Source of the DNA: Okeania sp. SIO2F5
GTDB taxonomy: Bacteria > Cyanobacteriota > Cyanobacteriia > Cyanobacteriales > Microcoleaceae
DNA length: 64,000 nucleotides
Direction of reading: 5' to 3'
Assembly (NCBI RefSeq): GCF_010692685.1
Contig: NZ_JAAHGU010000008.1
Coordinates: 41,619 to 105,618, forward strand
Below, piece by piece: positions 33,071 through 42,371 of the stretch. Both the position numbers and the translations under genes were made by a program. The first letter of the stretch is position 1; every line of letters begins with the position of its first letter. The notes beneath the pieces were generated by a model, which did not search any database, had not been told where the DNA came from, and saw only the letters and a list, made by a program, of their open reading frames with translations.

Positions 33071-36000
33071 ATGTCAGAATATTACAATGCCTTCATCTCT
33101 TACGGACGTGCCGACAGTAAATCTTTTGCTACAAAACTCTATGAAAAACTCACAGAAAATGTTCTAAAAATCTGGTTTGACCAAAATGATATTCCTCTGG
33201 GAGTAGACTTTCAAAATCAAATTGATGATGGCATCATAAAAGCTGATAATTTTCTGTTTATTATTGCGCCTCATTCTGTTAATTCTCCCTACTGTCTCAA
33301 AGAAATAGAATTAGCTATTAAATACAATAAACGAATTATTCCCCTGCTTCACGTCGAACAAATTAATTATGAAATTTGGCAAGAACGAAATCCTCAAGGA
33401 ACTTTAGAAGAATGGGAGGTTTATCAGGAGAAAGGTAAACATTCCAGCTTTCCCAATATGCACTCAGAAATAGGTAGAATTAACTGGGTTTATTTTCGGG
33501 AAAATATTGATAATTTTGATAAAAGTTTAACTGACTTAATCGCATTATTTAATCGTCACCAAGATTATGTAAAACAACATACTAAGATTTTAGTTAAAGG
33601 TTTAGACTGGGAAAATAATCAAAAACAAACTCGTTACTTGTTAATTGGAAAAGAACGTCTACAAGCAGAACAATGGTTAAAGATTAAATTTACAGAAGAA
33701 CAACCCCCTTGTATTCCTACAGATTTACATTGTGAATTTATCTGTGAAAGTGATAAAAATGCTAATAATTTAATGACTCAAGTTTTCCTGGCTTTTGCTG
33801 AAGCAAATAAAAGTTTTATGGAGCAAATCAGGAAAAGTTTAATTAGAGAAGGAATTACTGTCTGGAGTTCTCATGCCGATATTAAAACTGGAAAAGATTT
33901 TCAAATAGAAATTAATCAAGGAATTGCTGGAGCGGATAATCTAATTTATTTATTGTCTCCTGAAGCCATAAAATCTGAATATTGCCAACAGGAATTAACT
34001 TATGCTTTGAGTCTGAATAAACGAATTATTCCTCTTTTAATTTCTCCTACAGATTTAACAGAAATTTCTCCAGAAATAAGTAATTTACAATTCATTGATT
34101 TTACTGCATCAGAGCCAGAAGGAATAGATAAACTCCTGAAAGAATTAAAGTCAGAAGCTGTTTATTATCAACGGCATAAAATTTTATTAGTCAAAGCTTT
34201 GAAATGGCTGTCACAAAATCGTAACCCTAGTATTTTATTACGGGGTTATAATCTCGAACAATCTCAAAGTTGGCTGGAATTAGCTGGAAATAGAACGGCT
34301 AATTTACCTACATATTTACAAACAGAATTTATTGCCGAAAGTGCTAAACAACCACCTAATTTAGTTTTAGATGTTTTTGTTTCTTATTCCAGAGCAGATT
34401 CAGATTTTGCTAGACAGTTAAATGAGGCATTACAAACTCAGGGAAAAACTACTTGGTTTGACCAGGAAAGTATTGCTACAGGCACAGATTTTCAACAGGA
34501 AATTAATCGCGGAATTGAACAGTCGGATAATTTCTTATTTATTATTTCTCCAGATTCAGTAAATTCTCCCTATTGTGGAAATGAAGTAGAGTATGCCAAA
34601 AGTTTAAATAAACGTTTTGTGACAGTATTATATCGAAAAGTTGATAGTAAGGAGTTGCATCCAGAATTAGCAAAAGTGCAATGGTTAGATTTTCATCGGT
34701 ATGGAGGAGAATTTTATACTAACTTTAGCGAGTTAGTACGTTTTTTGGATACTGATAGAGATTATGTCAGAAACCATACAAAGTTTTCACAACAAGCATT
34801 GGACTGGGAGGAAAAAGCTAGTGAAGATTTATTGCTACGAGGAAGTGAACTGGCGATCGCTAAAAACTGGTTACAGGAAGCTCTTAACACTAACAAACAA
34901 CCCCCACTCAACAAGTTGCAAAAGAAATTTATTGAAGCTAGTGACGACCTACATACTAGCATCCAACAAGCAAGAGCAAAACGCAGACAACTTGATATCA
35001 CAACTGCTTGGGGAATTACAGTAGGTTCCCTGTTGGCAGTTATGATTAGCACTGGGTTGTGGCAAAATTCTAGACATGAGCATAAAAAAGCTCAACTTAA
35101 TTTAGCACAGTCTCTTGCTCGCTCTTCCTCCTCTCTATTTGTCGGTAACAAAGAATTAGAAGCATCGATTGAAGTTATTAAAGCGGGGAAAAATTTGCAA
35201 AGATACAAGGTGAAAGACGCAGAAGTGATCGACGCATTGCAACAGTCTGTTTATAGTGGCAGTGAAAGCAACAGATTACAAGGACACAAAAATTCTATTC
35301 GCTCTCTGAGTTTTAGTCCAGATGGCAAAATATTGGCATCAGGCAGCGATGATAAACAGATTAAGCTTTGGAATATGGAAACGGGAGCAGAAATACGAAC
35401 TTTCTCTGGACACGATCGCTCTGTTATTAGTGTTTGCTTTAGTGCGGATGGGAAAATTTTAGCATCGGCAGGAAAAGATAAGAAGATAAAACTTTGGGAT
35501 GTAGAAACAGGTAAGGAAATTGATACTTTCTCCGGACATACTGACTGGATAAATAGCATGAATTTTAGTCCAGATGGTAAGATTTTAGTATCAGGGAGTA
35601 AGGATAATACGATTAAACTCTGGAATGTAGAGACAGGCAAAGAAATTTACACCCTTTTCGGGCATCAGGATAGTGTAATTAGTATCAGTTTTAGTCCTGA
35701 CGGTAAAACTTTAGTATCGGGAAGTAAAGATAAAACAATTAAGTTTTGGGATGTAGAGACAGGTAGAGAAATTTACACCCTCTTCGGACATAATGGTTTG
35801 GTAAGTAGTGTCCGTTTTAGTCCCGATGGCAAGATATTAGCAAGCGGTAGTTATGATAAGACTGTTAAACTTTGGGATTTAGAAACAGGTGAGGAAATTC
35901 GGACTTTGACAGGACATTTTAGTTCAATTATGAGTGTGAGTTTTAGTCCGAATGGTAAACATTTAGCGACTGGTAGCAAAGACCGGATAGTTAAGCTATG

Positions 36001-37174
36001 GGATATAGAAACAGGAAATGAAATTCGCTCTTTTTATGGTCACGATGCTTGGGCATTTCGGGTAAGTTTTAGTCCAGATGGCAAGATATTAGCATCGGGT
36101 AGTGGTGACAAAACCATCAGACTCTGGAATTTAGAAACGAGAAGGGAACTTAGTACACTTAAAGGACATGATGATTCGATTCAACATTTAAGTTTTCCTC
36201 TAGCTTCATCCCCTCAAATATATAAATCTGAGAAAGAGATGATATTTGTTTCTGGTGGCGCTGATAAAACTGTCAAGATATGGGATTTGAAGACTAAAAC
36301 TCAAGATACTTTGAAGGGACATGATGACTCGGTAATGAAAATTAGCGTTAGTCCGGATGGCAAGACCATTGCTTCTGCGGGTGAAGATAGCACTATTATT
36401 TTATGGGATGTAGAAACAAAACAAGAGATTCATCGACTTGAAGGTCATACCGATGCAGTCAAGGCGATTAGTTTTAGTCCGGATGGCAACATCTTAGCTT
36501 CTGGCAGTAAAGATACTACTATCAAACTTTGGAATTGGATAACAAAAGAAGAAATAGGCAATTTAAAAGGTCACGAAAGCACGGTAATGACAATGAGTTT
36601 TAGTCCGGATGGCAAGACCTTAGCTTCTGGTAGTAAGGACAATATAATTAACCTCTGGAATATAGAAACAATGGAAAAAATGGAACCTCTCATAAACGAC
36701 AATCAGAGTTCTAATTTTAGTGTCAGTTTCAGTCCTGATGGTAAGACCTTAGCTGCTGGAGGCGATCGCAATCTTGTTACTTTATGGGATGTGGAAAAAA
36801 GAGAAAAAGTTTTCACTTTCAAAGGTCATAGTAGTTCTATTAACAGCGTTAGTTTTAGTCCGGATGGTAAGATTTTAGCTTCTGGAAGTTCTGACAAAAC
36901 AATTAAACTGTGGAACCCGAAACAGGGAAATTCTATTTTGACATTTCACGGACATGAAGACTCAGTTAATAGTGTCAGTTTTAGTCCGGATGGTAAAGTC
37001 TTAATATCTGGTAGTGATGATAAAACAATTAGACTTTGGGATGTAGAAAAACTAGATTTAGAGGTAGATTTAAACGACCTAATGCTCCGTAGTTGTAATT
37101 GGGTGCGTGGTTATTTACAGCATAATCCTTATGTGGAAGAGGAGAATAGAAACTTGTGCGATAATATTGGTTAA
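33071..37174 (+). CDS. Three tandem TIR domains, a single TM, 14 WD40 repeats and a Cys-containing C-terminal tail.
   Basis: TIR1 is aa 5-100 (FISYGRAD...SPYCLKEIELA). TIR2 is aa 235-325 (...SEYCQQELTYAL). TIR3 is aa 432-520 (DVFVSYSRADS...SPYCGNEVEYAK). TM is ITTAWGITVGSLLAVMISTGLW. There are 14 KLWD/NxETG repeats. The tail is SCNWVRGYLQHNPYV...LCDNIG. Confidence 0.85.
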   Translation: MSEYYNAFISYGRADSKSFATKLYEKLTENVLKIWFDQNDIPLGVDFQNQIDDGIIKADNFLFIIAPHSVNSPYCLKEIELAIKYNKRIIPLLHVEQINYEIWQERNPQGTLEEWEVYQEKGKHSSFPNMHSEIGRINWVYFRENIDNFDKSLTDLIALFNRHQDYVKQHTKILVKGLDWENNQKQTRYLLIGKERLQAEQWLKIKFTEEQPPCIPTDLHCEFICESDKNANNLMTQVFLAFAEANKSFMEQIRKSLIREGITVWSSHADIKTGKDFQIEINQGIAGADNLIYLLSPEAIKSEYCQQELTYALSLNKRIIPLLISPTDLTEISPEISNLQFIDFTASEPEGIDKLLKELKSEAVYYQRHKILLVKALKWLSQNRNPSILLRGYNLEQSQSWLELAGNRTANLPTYLQTEFIAESAKQPPNLVLDVFVSYSRADSDFARQLNEALQTQGKTTWFDQESIATGTDFQQEINRGIEQSDNFLFIISPDSVNSPYCGNEVEYAKSLNKRFVTVLYRKVDSKELHPELAKVQWLDFHRYGGEFYTNFSELVRFLDTDRDYVRNHTKFSQQALDWEEKASEDLLLRGSELAIAKNWLQEALNTNKQPPLNKLQKKFIEASDDLHTSIQQARAKRRQLDITTAWGITVGSLLAVMISTGLWQNSRHEHKKAQLNLAQSLARSSSSLFVGNKELEASIEVIKAGKNLQRYKVKDAEVIDALQQSVYSGSESNRLQGHKNSIRSLSFSPDGKILASGSDDKQIKLWNMETGAEIRTFSGHDRSVISVCFSADGKILASAGKDKKIKLWDVETGKEIDTFSGHTDWINSMNFSPDGKILVSGSKDNTIKLWNVETGKEIYTLFGHQDSVISISFSPDGKTLVSGSKDKTIKFWDVETGREIYTLFGHNGLVSSVRFSPDGKILASGSYDKTVKLWDLETGEEIRTLTGHFSSIMSVSFSPNGKHLATGSKDRIVKLWDIETGNEIRSFYGHDAWAFRVSFSPDGKILASGSGDKTIRLWNLETRRELSTLKGHDDSIQHLSFPLASSPQIYKSEKEMIFVSGGADKTVKIWDLKTKTQDTLKGHDDSVMKISVSPDGKTIASAGEDSTIILWDVETKQEIHRLEGHTDAVKAISFSPDGNILASGSKDTTIKLWNWITKEEIGNLKGHESTVMTMSFSPDGKTLASGSKDNIINLWNIETMEKMEPLINDNQSSNFSVSFSPDGKTLAAGGDRNLVTLWDVEKREKVFTFKGHSSSINSVSFSPDGKILASGSSDKTIKLWNPKQGNSILTFHGHEDSVNSVSFSPDGKVLISGSDDKTIRLWDVEKLDLEVDLNDLMLRSCNWVRGYLQHNPYVEEENRNLCDNIG

Positions 37175-37508
37175 ATCAAAGTGGGTATTCAATAATTAAC
37201 AATTATTAATGGCTTTGTTGCATGAATGTTGCGATCGCAGATGACTACCTTTAACTAAATTTTCTGGGGTTGCACATTATGGAATGATATTGCCAAAAAT
37301 TGGTTTAGATTTTGACTAAAAATAACCATTAATTAATCATTCTAGCAATTGATTAATCCACAATCCAATTCAATCAAAAATATCAAATCATTCGTCACTG
37401 TGCAACGCCAATTTTCTTATCGACTAGGGCAAATGTGGCTGCATCCAATTATAGATTTTTCTATTCCTCCAGAAGCAGTTTTTTTTTCGTTTACCAGCTT
37501 GGCAACTT

Positions 37509-38003
37509 TTGGAAAGTAGTAAAGACCAATTATTAGCCACAACTAAACTAGAAAAACTTTCATCAATAGTGATTATTGCTGCTGCATATAGAGATGCACA
37601 ATTAACTGTTGATAAACAAAATTTTCCTTTACCTGCTGCTGTTAGTTACTGGCGTTCTCAAAAACTGCGTAATGTATTTATAGGAGGAGAAATTCATGCT
37701 TATATGGTTCATCATTTCCTGAACCAAAGATTAGTTATACCTATTCCTGATTTATGGCTAATTGGGGTAGCTATTGTGTTAGGTAAAGGAATAGTATTAA
37801 TCTTAGAAAAAAAATCTCCATTACGCCAACAAAAAGGGATTTTTTTATTCCTATTTTTACTAAATATAATTTATGGTTTAGCTAGTCTACAAATTTATAT
37901 TACTGCTGCAATTTTATTGCCTTTGTTCTTGCCTAGTTTAACATTTTGGGTTTGTATATTTTTCTATTTAATAAAACCAAAATCGACAATTAAATTAGTT
38001 TGA
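37509..38003 (+). CDS. Small multi-pass membrane protein with no recognisable domain. It has a TTG start, so the true start is uncertain.
   Basis: 164-aa ORF whose C-terminal two-thirds are 3-4 hydrophobic helices. It sits between the TIR-WD40 gene and the cyclase gene. Confidence 0.4.
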   Translation: MESSKDQLLATTKLEKLSSIVIIAAAYRDAQLTVDKQNFPLPAAVSYWRSQKLRNVFIGGEIHAYMVHHFLNQRLVIPIPDLWLIGVAIVLGKGIVLILEKKSPLRQQKGIFLFLFLLNIIYGLASLQIYITAAILLPLFLPSLTFWVCIFFYLIKPKSTIKLV

Positions 38004-38007
38004 CAAT

Positions 38008-40311
38008 TTAAATGGAAGAGGAGTGTTTTCTATCAACCCCCATCCCCTCACCCCAAGAAGGTCGCACATGATAAGTAGGAAATGTACCATAACCCTTAGC
38101 CAAAGGAGTTTTTCCCACATAATCGCAAGTAAATTCCTTTACCCCCTCCGAAGCTACCATTGCAGCAAACTCCTGACTCGAATAAACTTTCCCTGGTGGA
38201 GTAATAGGTTCAATTCTGGCAGCATAATTTACATGAGTACCACTGTAGGTTGTATCCCCAGTGATGGGATTAGTATATTTATAAACCACCCCTGTATGTA
38301 ACGCTACCCGTAAATTCAAACTTGCAGGCAACCCTACTTTTTCCCAATCTGTACTCTGAACAAGATCACATACTTCTAAGGCAAATAAACCTGCATCCCT
38401 TACATTAGAGAAGACATAATATAAAGCATCTCCCCAAGTATTTTTCATCACTGGTTTATAAGAAGATTGAACCTCAAACTTTGCCACCGCACCGAAAAAA
38501 TGTTCTACAAATATACTAATCTGGTTTTCCTTCAACTTAGAATAACTCTTGACATCTGCAAATAACAACGCCATAATTAACCGATTTTCGTCCTCTGGCG
38601 CAGAGGTTGGTTGTAGGGGAGTTGTCGGTGTAGATAGTGTATTCAATATCTCTACTTTCTGTGTCATCACAGATTGTAAAATCTGCTGAATATCAATGAT
38701 TTCCACATTATCATTCCATTGTCGCCAAAATTCTACAGCCCTTGCTGTACCACCTATCCCACCAATTTGTTGATTCCAAACAGCCATTGGTATAAGTTCT
38801 GTATCCAACTGTTCTGCTCGCATTTTTGCCATCCCGTAGAGAATATTATTAGTGTATTCATAGGAAATATTGCTGTTTTCAAGATTATAATGAGTTGGAA
38901 TAATCACTTCTGTTGCTTTTTCCAAAACTTCATCAAATCGTTCTAGCCAAGTGCTATTAGGAATAATATCAATAGAATTTTTGATAAATTGTTCTCGCTC
39001 ATGGGGTAAGACAATATGAGCCTCTCCTTGAAGTTCATATAATGCTTCCAAAAATAAAATATCACTACCACAAGCTGCAGCAGCATAACCCAATCGAGCA
39101 TCTAACTGAATCAGGCGATCGCGAATCGCTTGATAAACCTGTAACTCTATTTCTGGAGGAAACCTCGGTGGTGTGCGACCTGGTTCATCAATCATGTGAC
39201 CGCTAAATACTACCACTCTAGGAATTTGAAAACAGTGCTTAATCAATTCCATATCCCCCTGGCGATATTGTACAATCAAAGTAGCATTACGACGAGTCGA
39301 TCTTAAATCCCCCAATTTCCCCCTAGCTAATTCCACCGCTTGATTATACCAATTTTCTGCCTCTAAATTTTCCCCTAAAATCAAAGCTACTTCTCCCAAA
39401 GTTGCCAGTAACCAGTAGTCATTCTCACTCCTATGGGAAACTGCTGGGAGTTTAGCCAGACATTTTTCCTGTACTTCAGCAGCGATCGCCTTTGCTATTT
39501 CAGCATCTCCCATCAACATTGTCATTGTCGCGGCATTTATCCCCGGATAATAATCCCCACTCATTTGATAAGCTTGTTGATATCGTTGAGCTGCCAATGC
39601 TATTTGTTGGGTACTTTCCTCTGGAGAGCTTGCTTGCTGCCACAAATCTTTATGAGTTCTGGCTAACAAACAAATAGTTTCCTCGTCATTTTTGCCAGAG
39701 TTTACTAACTCTAATAATAAATTATTAGCCCGTTGAGTTGCTCCACTTCGAGCTAAACTCAAAACTAAAAGTTGTTGTAAACGGATATCATTCGGCCATT
39801 CTTTTAACCCTTCCGATAAAATATCATAAGCCATTAATGGCTCCCCAAGTTTCAGGATATATTCACCCAAAATCCGAAAAATTTCTGGGTAACGCAAATG
39901 GAGATTAATAGTTTCTCGACGAATTGTTTGTAAACTTTTTAAATTTAGTTGGGATGATTTTTTTAAACTTTCTAAAATTAACGATAAATTATTATCATCA
40001 ACTGTAGCAGTTTTTTCAGTAGTAGTTTCGCTTCCTTCTATTCGATAACCTATGGCTAAAAGAGTTTTAATTACTCCCATAGAAACAACGCGGTCATATT
40101 CTTTTTCTGACTCTGGCAATTCTTCATAAGGCACTAAACCAGGATGTAATTTTTGGGCATCATCTCGATTTTTTCCATATTTCCAACCTTCAGAAATTCG
40201 CTGTTTTGCCCAAATGTCATGGGTATTTTTAGCCAGTAATTCAGTAATTTTTAAATGTTCTGTTGTCAGATTTACCTTGGAAGTATCTATTGGATCTGGT
40301 TTATAGTTCAA
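38008..40311 (-). CDS. RyR domain, TPR repeats, a Rossmann-like (SLOG/DprA-like?) domain and a class III nucleotidyl cyclase.
   Basis: N-terminus matches the RyR-domain consensus (ELLAKNTHDIWAKQRISEGWKYG..RDD..KLHP.LVPYEELPESEKEYDR). The C-terminal cyclase motifs are FADVKSYS, GDALYYVF and LRVALHTGVVY...GTHVNYAARIE. Confidence 0.8.
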   Translation of the reverse strand: MNYKPDPIDTSKVNLTTEHLKITELLAKNTHDIWAKQRISEGWKYGKNRDDAQKLHPGLVPYEELPESEKEYDRVVSMGVIKTLLAIGYRIEGSETTTEKTATVDDNNLSLILESLKKSSQLNLKSLQTIRRETINLHLRYPEIFRILGEYILKLGEPLMAYDILSEGLKEWPNDIRLQQLLVLSLARSGATQRANNLLLELVNSGKNDEETICLLARTHKDLWQQASSPEESTQQIALAAQRYQQAYQMSGDYYPGINAATMTMLMGDAEIAKAIAAEVQEKCLAKLPAVSHRSENDYWLLATLGEVALILGENLEAENWYNQAVELARGKLGDLRSTRRNATLIVQYRQGDMELIKHCFQIPRVVVFSGHMIDEPGRTPPRFPPEIELQVYQAIRDRLIQLDARLGYAAAACGSDILFLEALYELQGEAHIVLPHEREQFIKNSIDIIPNSTWLERFDEVLEKATEVIIPTHYNLENSNISYEYTNNILYGMAKMRAEQLDTELIPMAVWNQQIGGIGGTARAVEFWRQWNDNVEIIDIQQILQSVMTQKVEILNTLSTPTTPLQPTSAPEDENRLIMALLFADVKSYSKLKENQISIFVEHFFGAVAKFEVQSSYKPVMKNTWGDALYYVFSNVRDAGLFALEVCDLVQSTDWEKVGLPASLNLRVALHTGVVYKYTNPITGDTTYSGTHVNYAARIEPITPPGKVYSSQEFAAMVASEGVKEFTCDYVGKTPLAKGYGTFPTYHVRPSWGEGMGVDRKHSSSI

Positions 40312-40350
40312 AATCTACTCCTCGATCAAATAATAGTTAACGTAAGGATT

Positions 40351-40490
40351 CAGGGTTATATCATGTCCGGATAATTAGTGATCAAAAAACTTTCTCCTTC
40401 TTCATTCTTTCTACCCTCCTGTCTCCTGTCTCCTGTCTCCTGACTCCTTCGTCGTTTATTTATAACTGTTCAACCGGACATGATATTACT
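40351..40490. mobile_element. MITE family B, complete ~140-bp copy (TTATATCATGTCCGG ... CAACCGGACATGATAT) with CCTGTCT x3 STRR cargo.
   Basis: Perfect 13-bp TIRs. The core GATCAAAAAACTTTCTCC is shared with 17947 and 31064. Confidence 0.65.
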
Positions 40491-40861
40491 TAACATTCAT
40501 TGATGATAGTAACTATAAGTTATCAGCTATCAGTTTTTGTATTGACATACAAAATGTTTTTGGACTACTAATCCCAAATGATTTGTGAGAAAAAACTGTA
40601 GAGGTTTGATATTCACACCTAAGATTAAAGATTGGGTTTGGAAACAAAACCGCCACTATCAATCAAATATTACAACCTAATTTAGGATTGCTATAGGCGA
40701 TCGCTAAAGTATCTAGTTTGCTCGCTTCCAGTTTTTCACCTTCTAAAATATTCCTAAAAACAGTTGATTTTATACTTTATTTACCTACTATAAAATTTCA
40801 ACTACACTGTTTCGCTAGTGAGGATATTCTTCATCATCTTGAGAAAGTCTAGGATTACAGC

Positions 40862-41200
40862 CTAACCAAGCAAAAGTCCTTTATACCACCCAACGTCTGG
40901 GCAAAACTTTAAATCCTTTTTCAGTTCTGAATAGTTAATTTCCATCCACTTGCTCATTGCCACTGGCTTCTCTAGTTTTATTCTATAACCTTGATCTGCC
41001 CAAACAATTTTCAGATTCGGGGCCTCATTTGATGACTTGAAGAAATATAAACTTAGCTGCTGTACAATACCTATACAATTCCGGCAAAACTTGGTAAAAC
41101 CTGAGTAATGCCAGTCAAGATGTTTGCTTCTTGCTTCAACCTGGGAGGCCGCCCTCTTCCAGTTCACAAGCGTAAATTCGGGTACAGCCTACCCTATTTT
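40862..41200 (-). ncRNA. Putative TnpB-associated omega (right-end) RNA region.
   Basis: Inferred only by analogy. In IS605-family elements the guide RNA overlaps the tnpB 3' end and the right end. Boundaries were not determined. Confidence 0.2.
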
Positions 41201-42371
41201 TTTGATTAATTTCCCCATACTGAGATAACACCAGTGCTGCATTCAAGTCCCGGTCTATTATCATTCCAAAGTTAGGGCAATCAAAGGTGCGGTCTTTTAG
41301 CTTTAATTCTTGATGAATATGACCACAACTATGACAAGTTTTAGAAGATGGAAACCACTGGTCAGCTAGCACTACTGTCCCACCGGAGCTTACGATTTTG
41401 GTTGTCAATCGTTGCCGAAACTGATAAAATCCTTGCCTAGCTATTGATGCTGCTAATTTACCATTTTGCATCATTCCTTTCACATTTAAACTCTCTAAGC
41501 AGACGTGCTTGACTTGAGTCACTAATTTTGTAGTAGTTTTCTCTATGAAATCTCTACGCACGTTAGCAATACGACAATGGTACTTCGCGAGTTTTTTGTA
41601 ATATTTAATCGCATTTTTTGAAGGTGGTTTACCTTTACCTCCTACTTGTTTATTGCGATTGCGCCATTGAAACTTAGCCAGGTTTAATTGCTCTAGTTTA
41701 ATAGAGTCTGGGAGACTTACAACTTCATTTTCTCTCTTTTTTTGGTTTGCTATACTTGCAAATTGTTTGACTCCAACATCTATACCAAAAGTTTCGTATT
41801 GTCGCTTATCTAATAGGGGATGAACTGGCAACTTCTCAGCTTCAATACTAAAACTAACAAACCATTTTTCCCCTGTTCTACTAATAGTAAAAGTCTGACT
41901 TGCTGTGGTGTAAGGTATTGATTCCCATAATCGAAAAGTCCCTAGTGTTGGTATTTTAATTTTTTTACCAGGGTTAATTGTAACTTTTCCATTACCGTCA
42001 TAAACAGTAAAAGATTGTCTGTCTTTTTTCCTTTTCAACTTAGGATACTTACTGGTTCCTTCTTTATACCGTTTAAATGCTTCACCTAGATGTTGAAAAG
42101 CACTTTGATAAATGCGGGACGAATAATTGTTGATCCAGGCATATTCTGGCTGCTTTTTTACATAGTTAGTAAAGACTTTTTTAGCTTCTAAAATACGTAA
42201 TGCGTAACTCAAGCTCACTTCCTGACCACGTTTGTTAACTTTGGTCATGGCAGAAGTTCCATTAACCATACTGAGGCCATAGTTGTAAACAAAACGAGCA
42301 TAACCAGCACATTTCGCCATAAATGAGCGCTCCTGGTTACTGAGTTTTAATTCAAGTTTTTTGGCGTACAA
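41136..42371 (-). CDS. tnpB: TnpB (OrfB) RNA-guided endonuclease-like transposase accessory protein.
   Basis: N-terminal HTH (KCAGYARFVYNYGL), RuvC-like blocks, the zinc ribbon CHSCGHIHQELKLKDRTFDCPNFG, and C-terminal DRDLNAAL. Confidence 0.9.
   Translation of the reverse strand: MYAKKLELKLSNQERSFMAKCAGYARFVYNYGLSMVNGTSAMTKVNKRGQEVSLSYALRILEAKKVFTNYVKKQPEYAWINNYSSRIYQSAFQHLGEAFKRYKEGTSKYPKLKRKKDRQSFTVYDGNGKVTINPGKKIKIPTLGTFRLWESIPYTTASQTFTISRTGEKWFVSFSIEAEKLPVHPLLDKRQYETFGIDVGVKQFASIANQKKRENEVVSLPDSIKLEQLNLAKFQWRNRNKQVGGKGKPPSKNAIKYYKKLAKYHCRIANVRRDFIEKTTTKLVTQVKHVCLESLNVKGMMQNGKLAASIARQGFYQFRQRLTTKIVSSGGTVVLADQWFPSSKTCHSCGHIHQELKLKDRTFDCPNFGMIIDRDLNAALVLSQYGEINQKNRVGCTRIYACELEEGGLPG

Noticed and set aside
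34762-35640. Minus- and plus-strand ORFs of 86-129 aa (34762-35052, 34764-35024, 35251-35640).
   Set aside because: Embedded in or antisense to the TIR-WD40 gene. Alternative-frame artefacts of WD-repeat DNA.
40862-41167. 101-aa ORF overlapping the tnpB 3' end.
   Set aside because: Different frame, overlapping the expected omega-RNA/right-end region of the IS. No protein motif.
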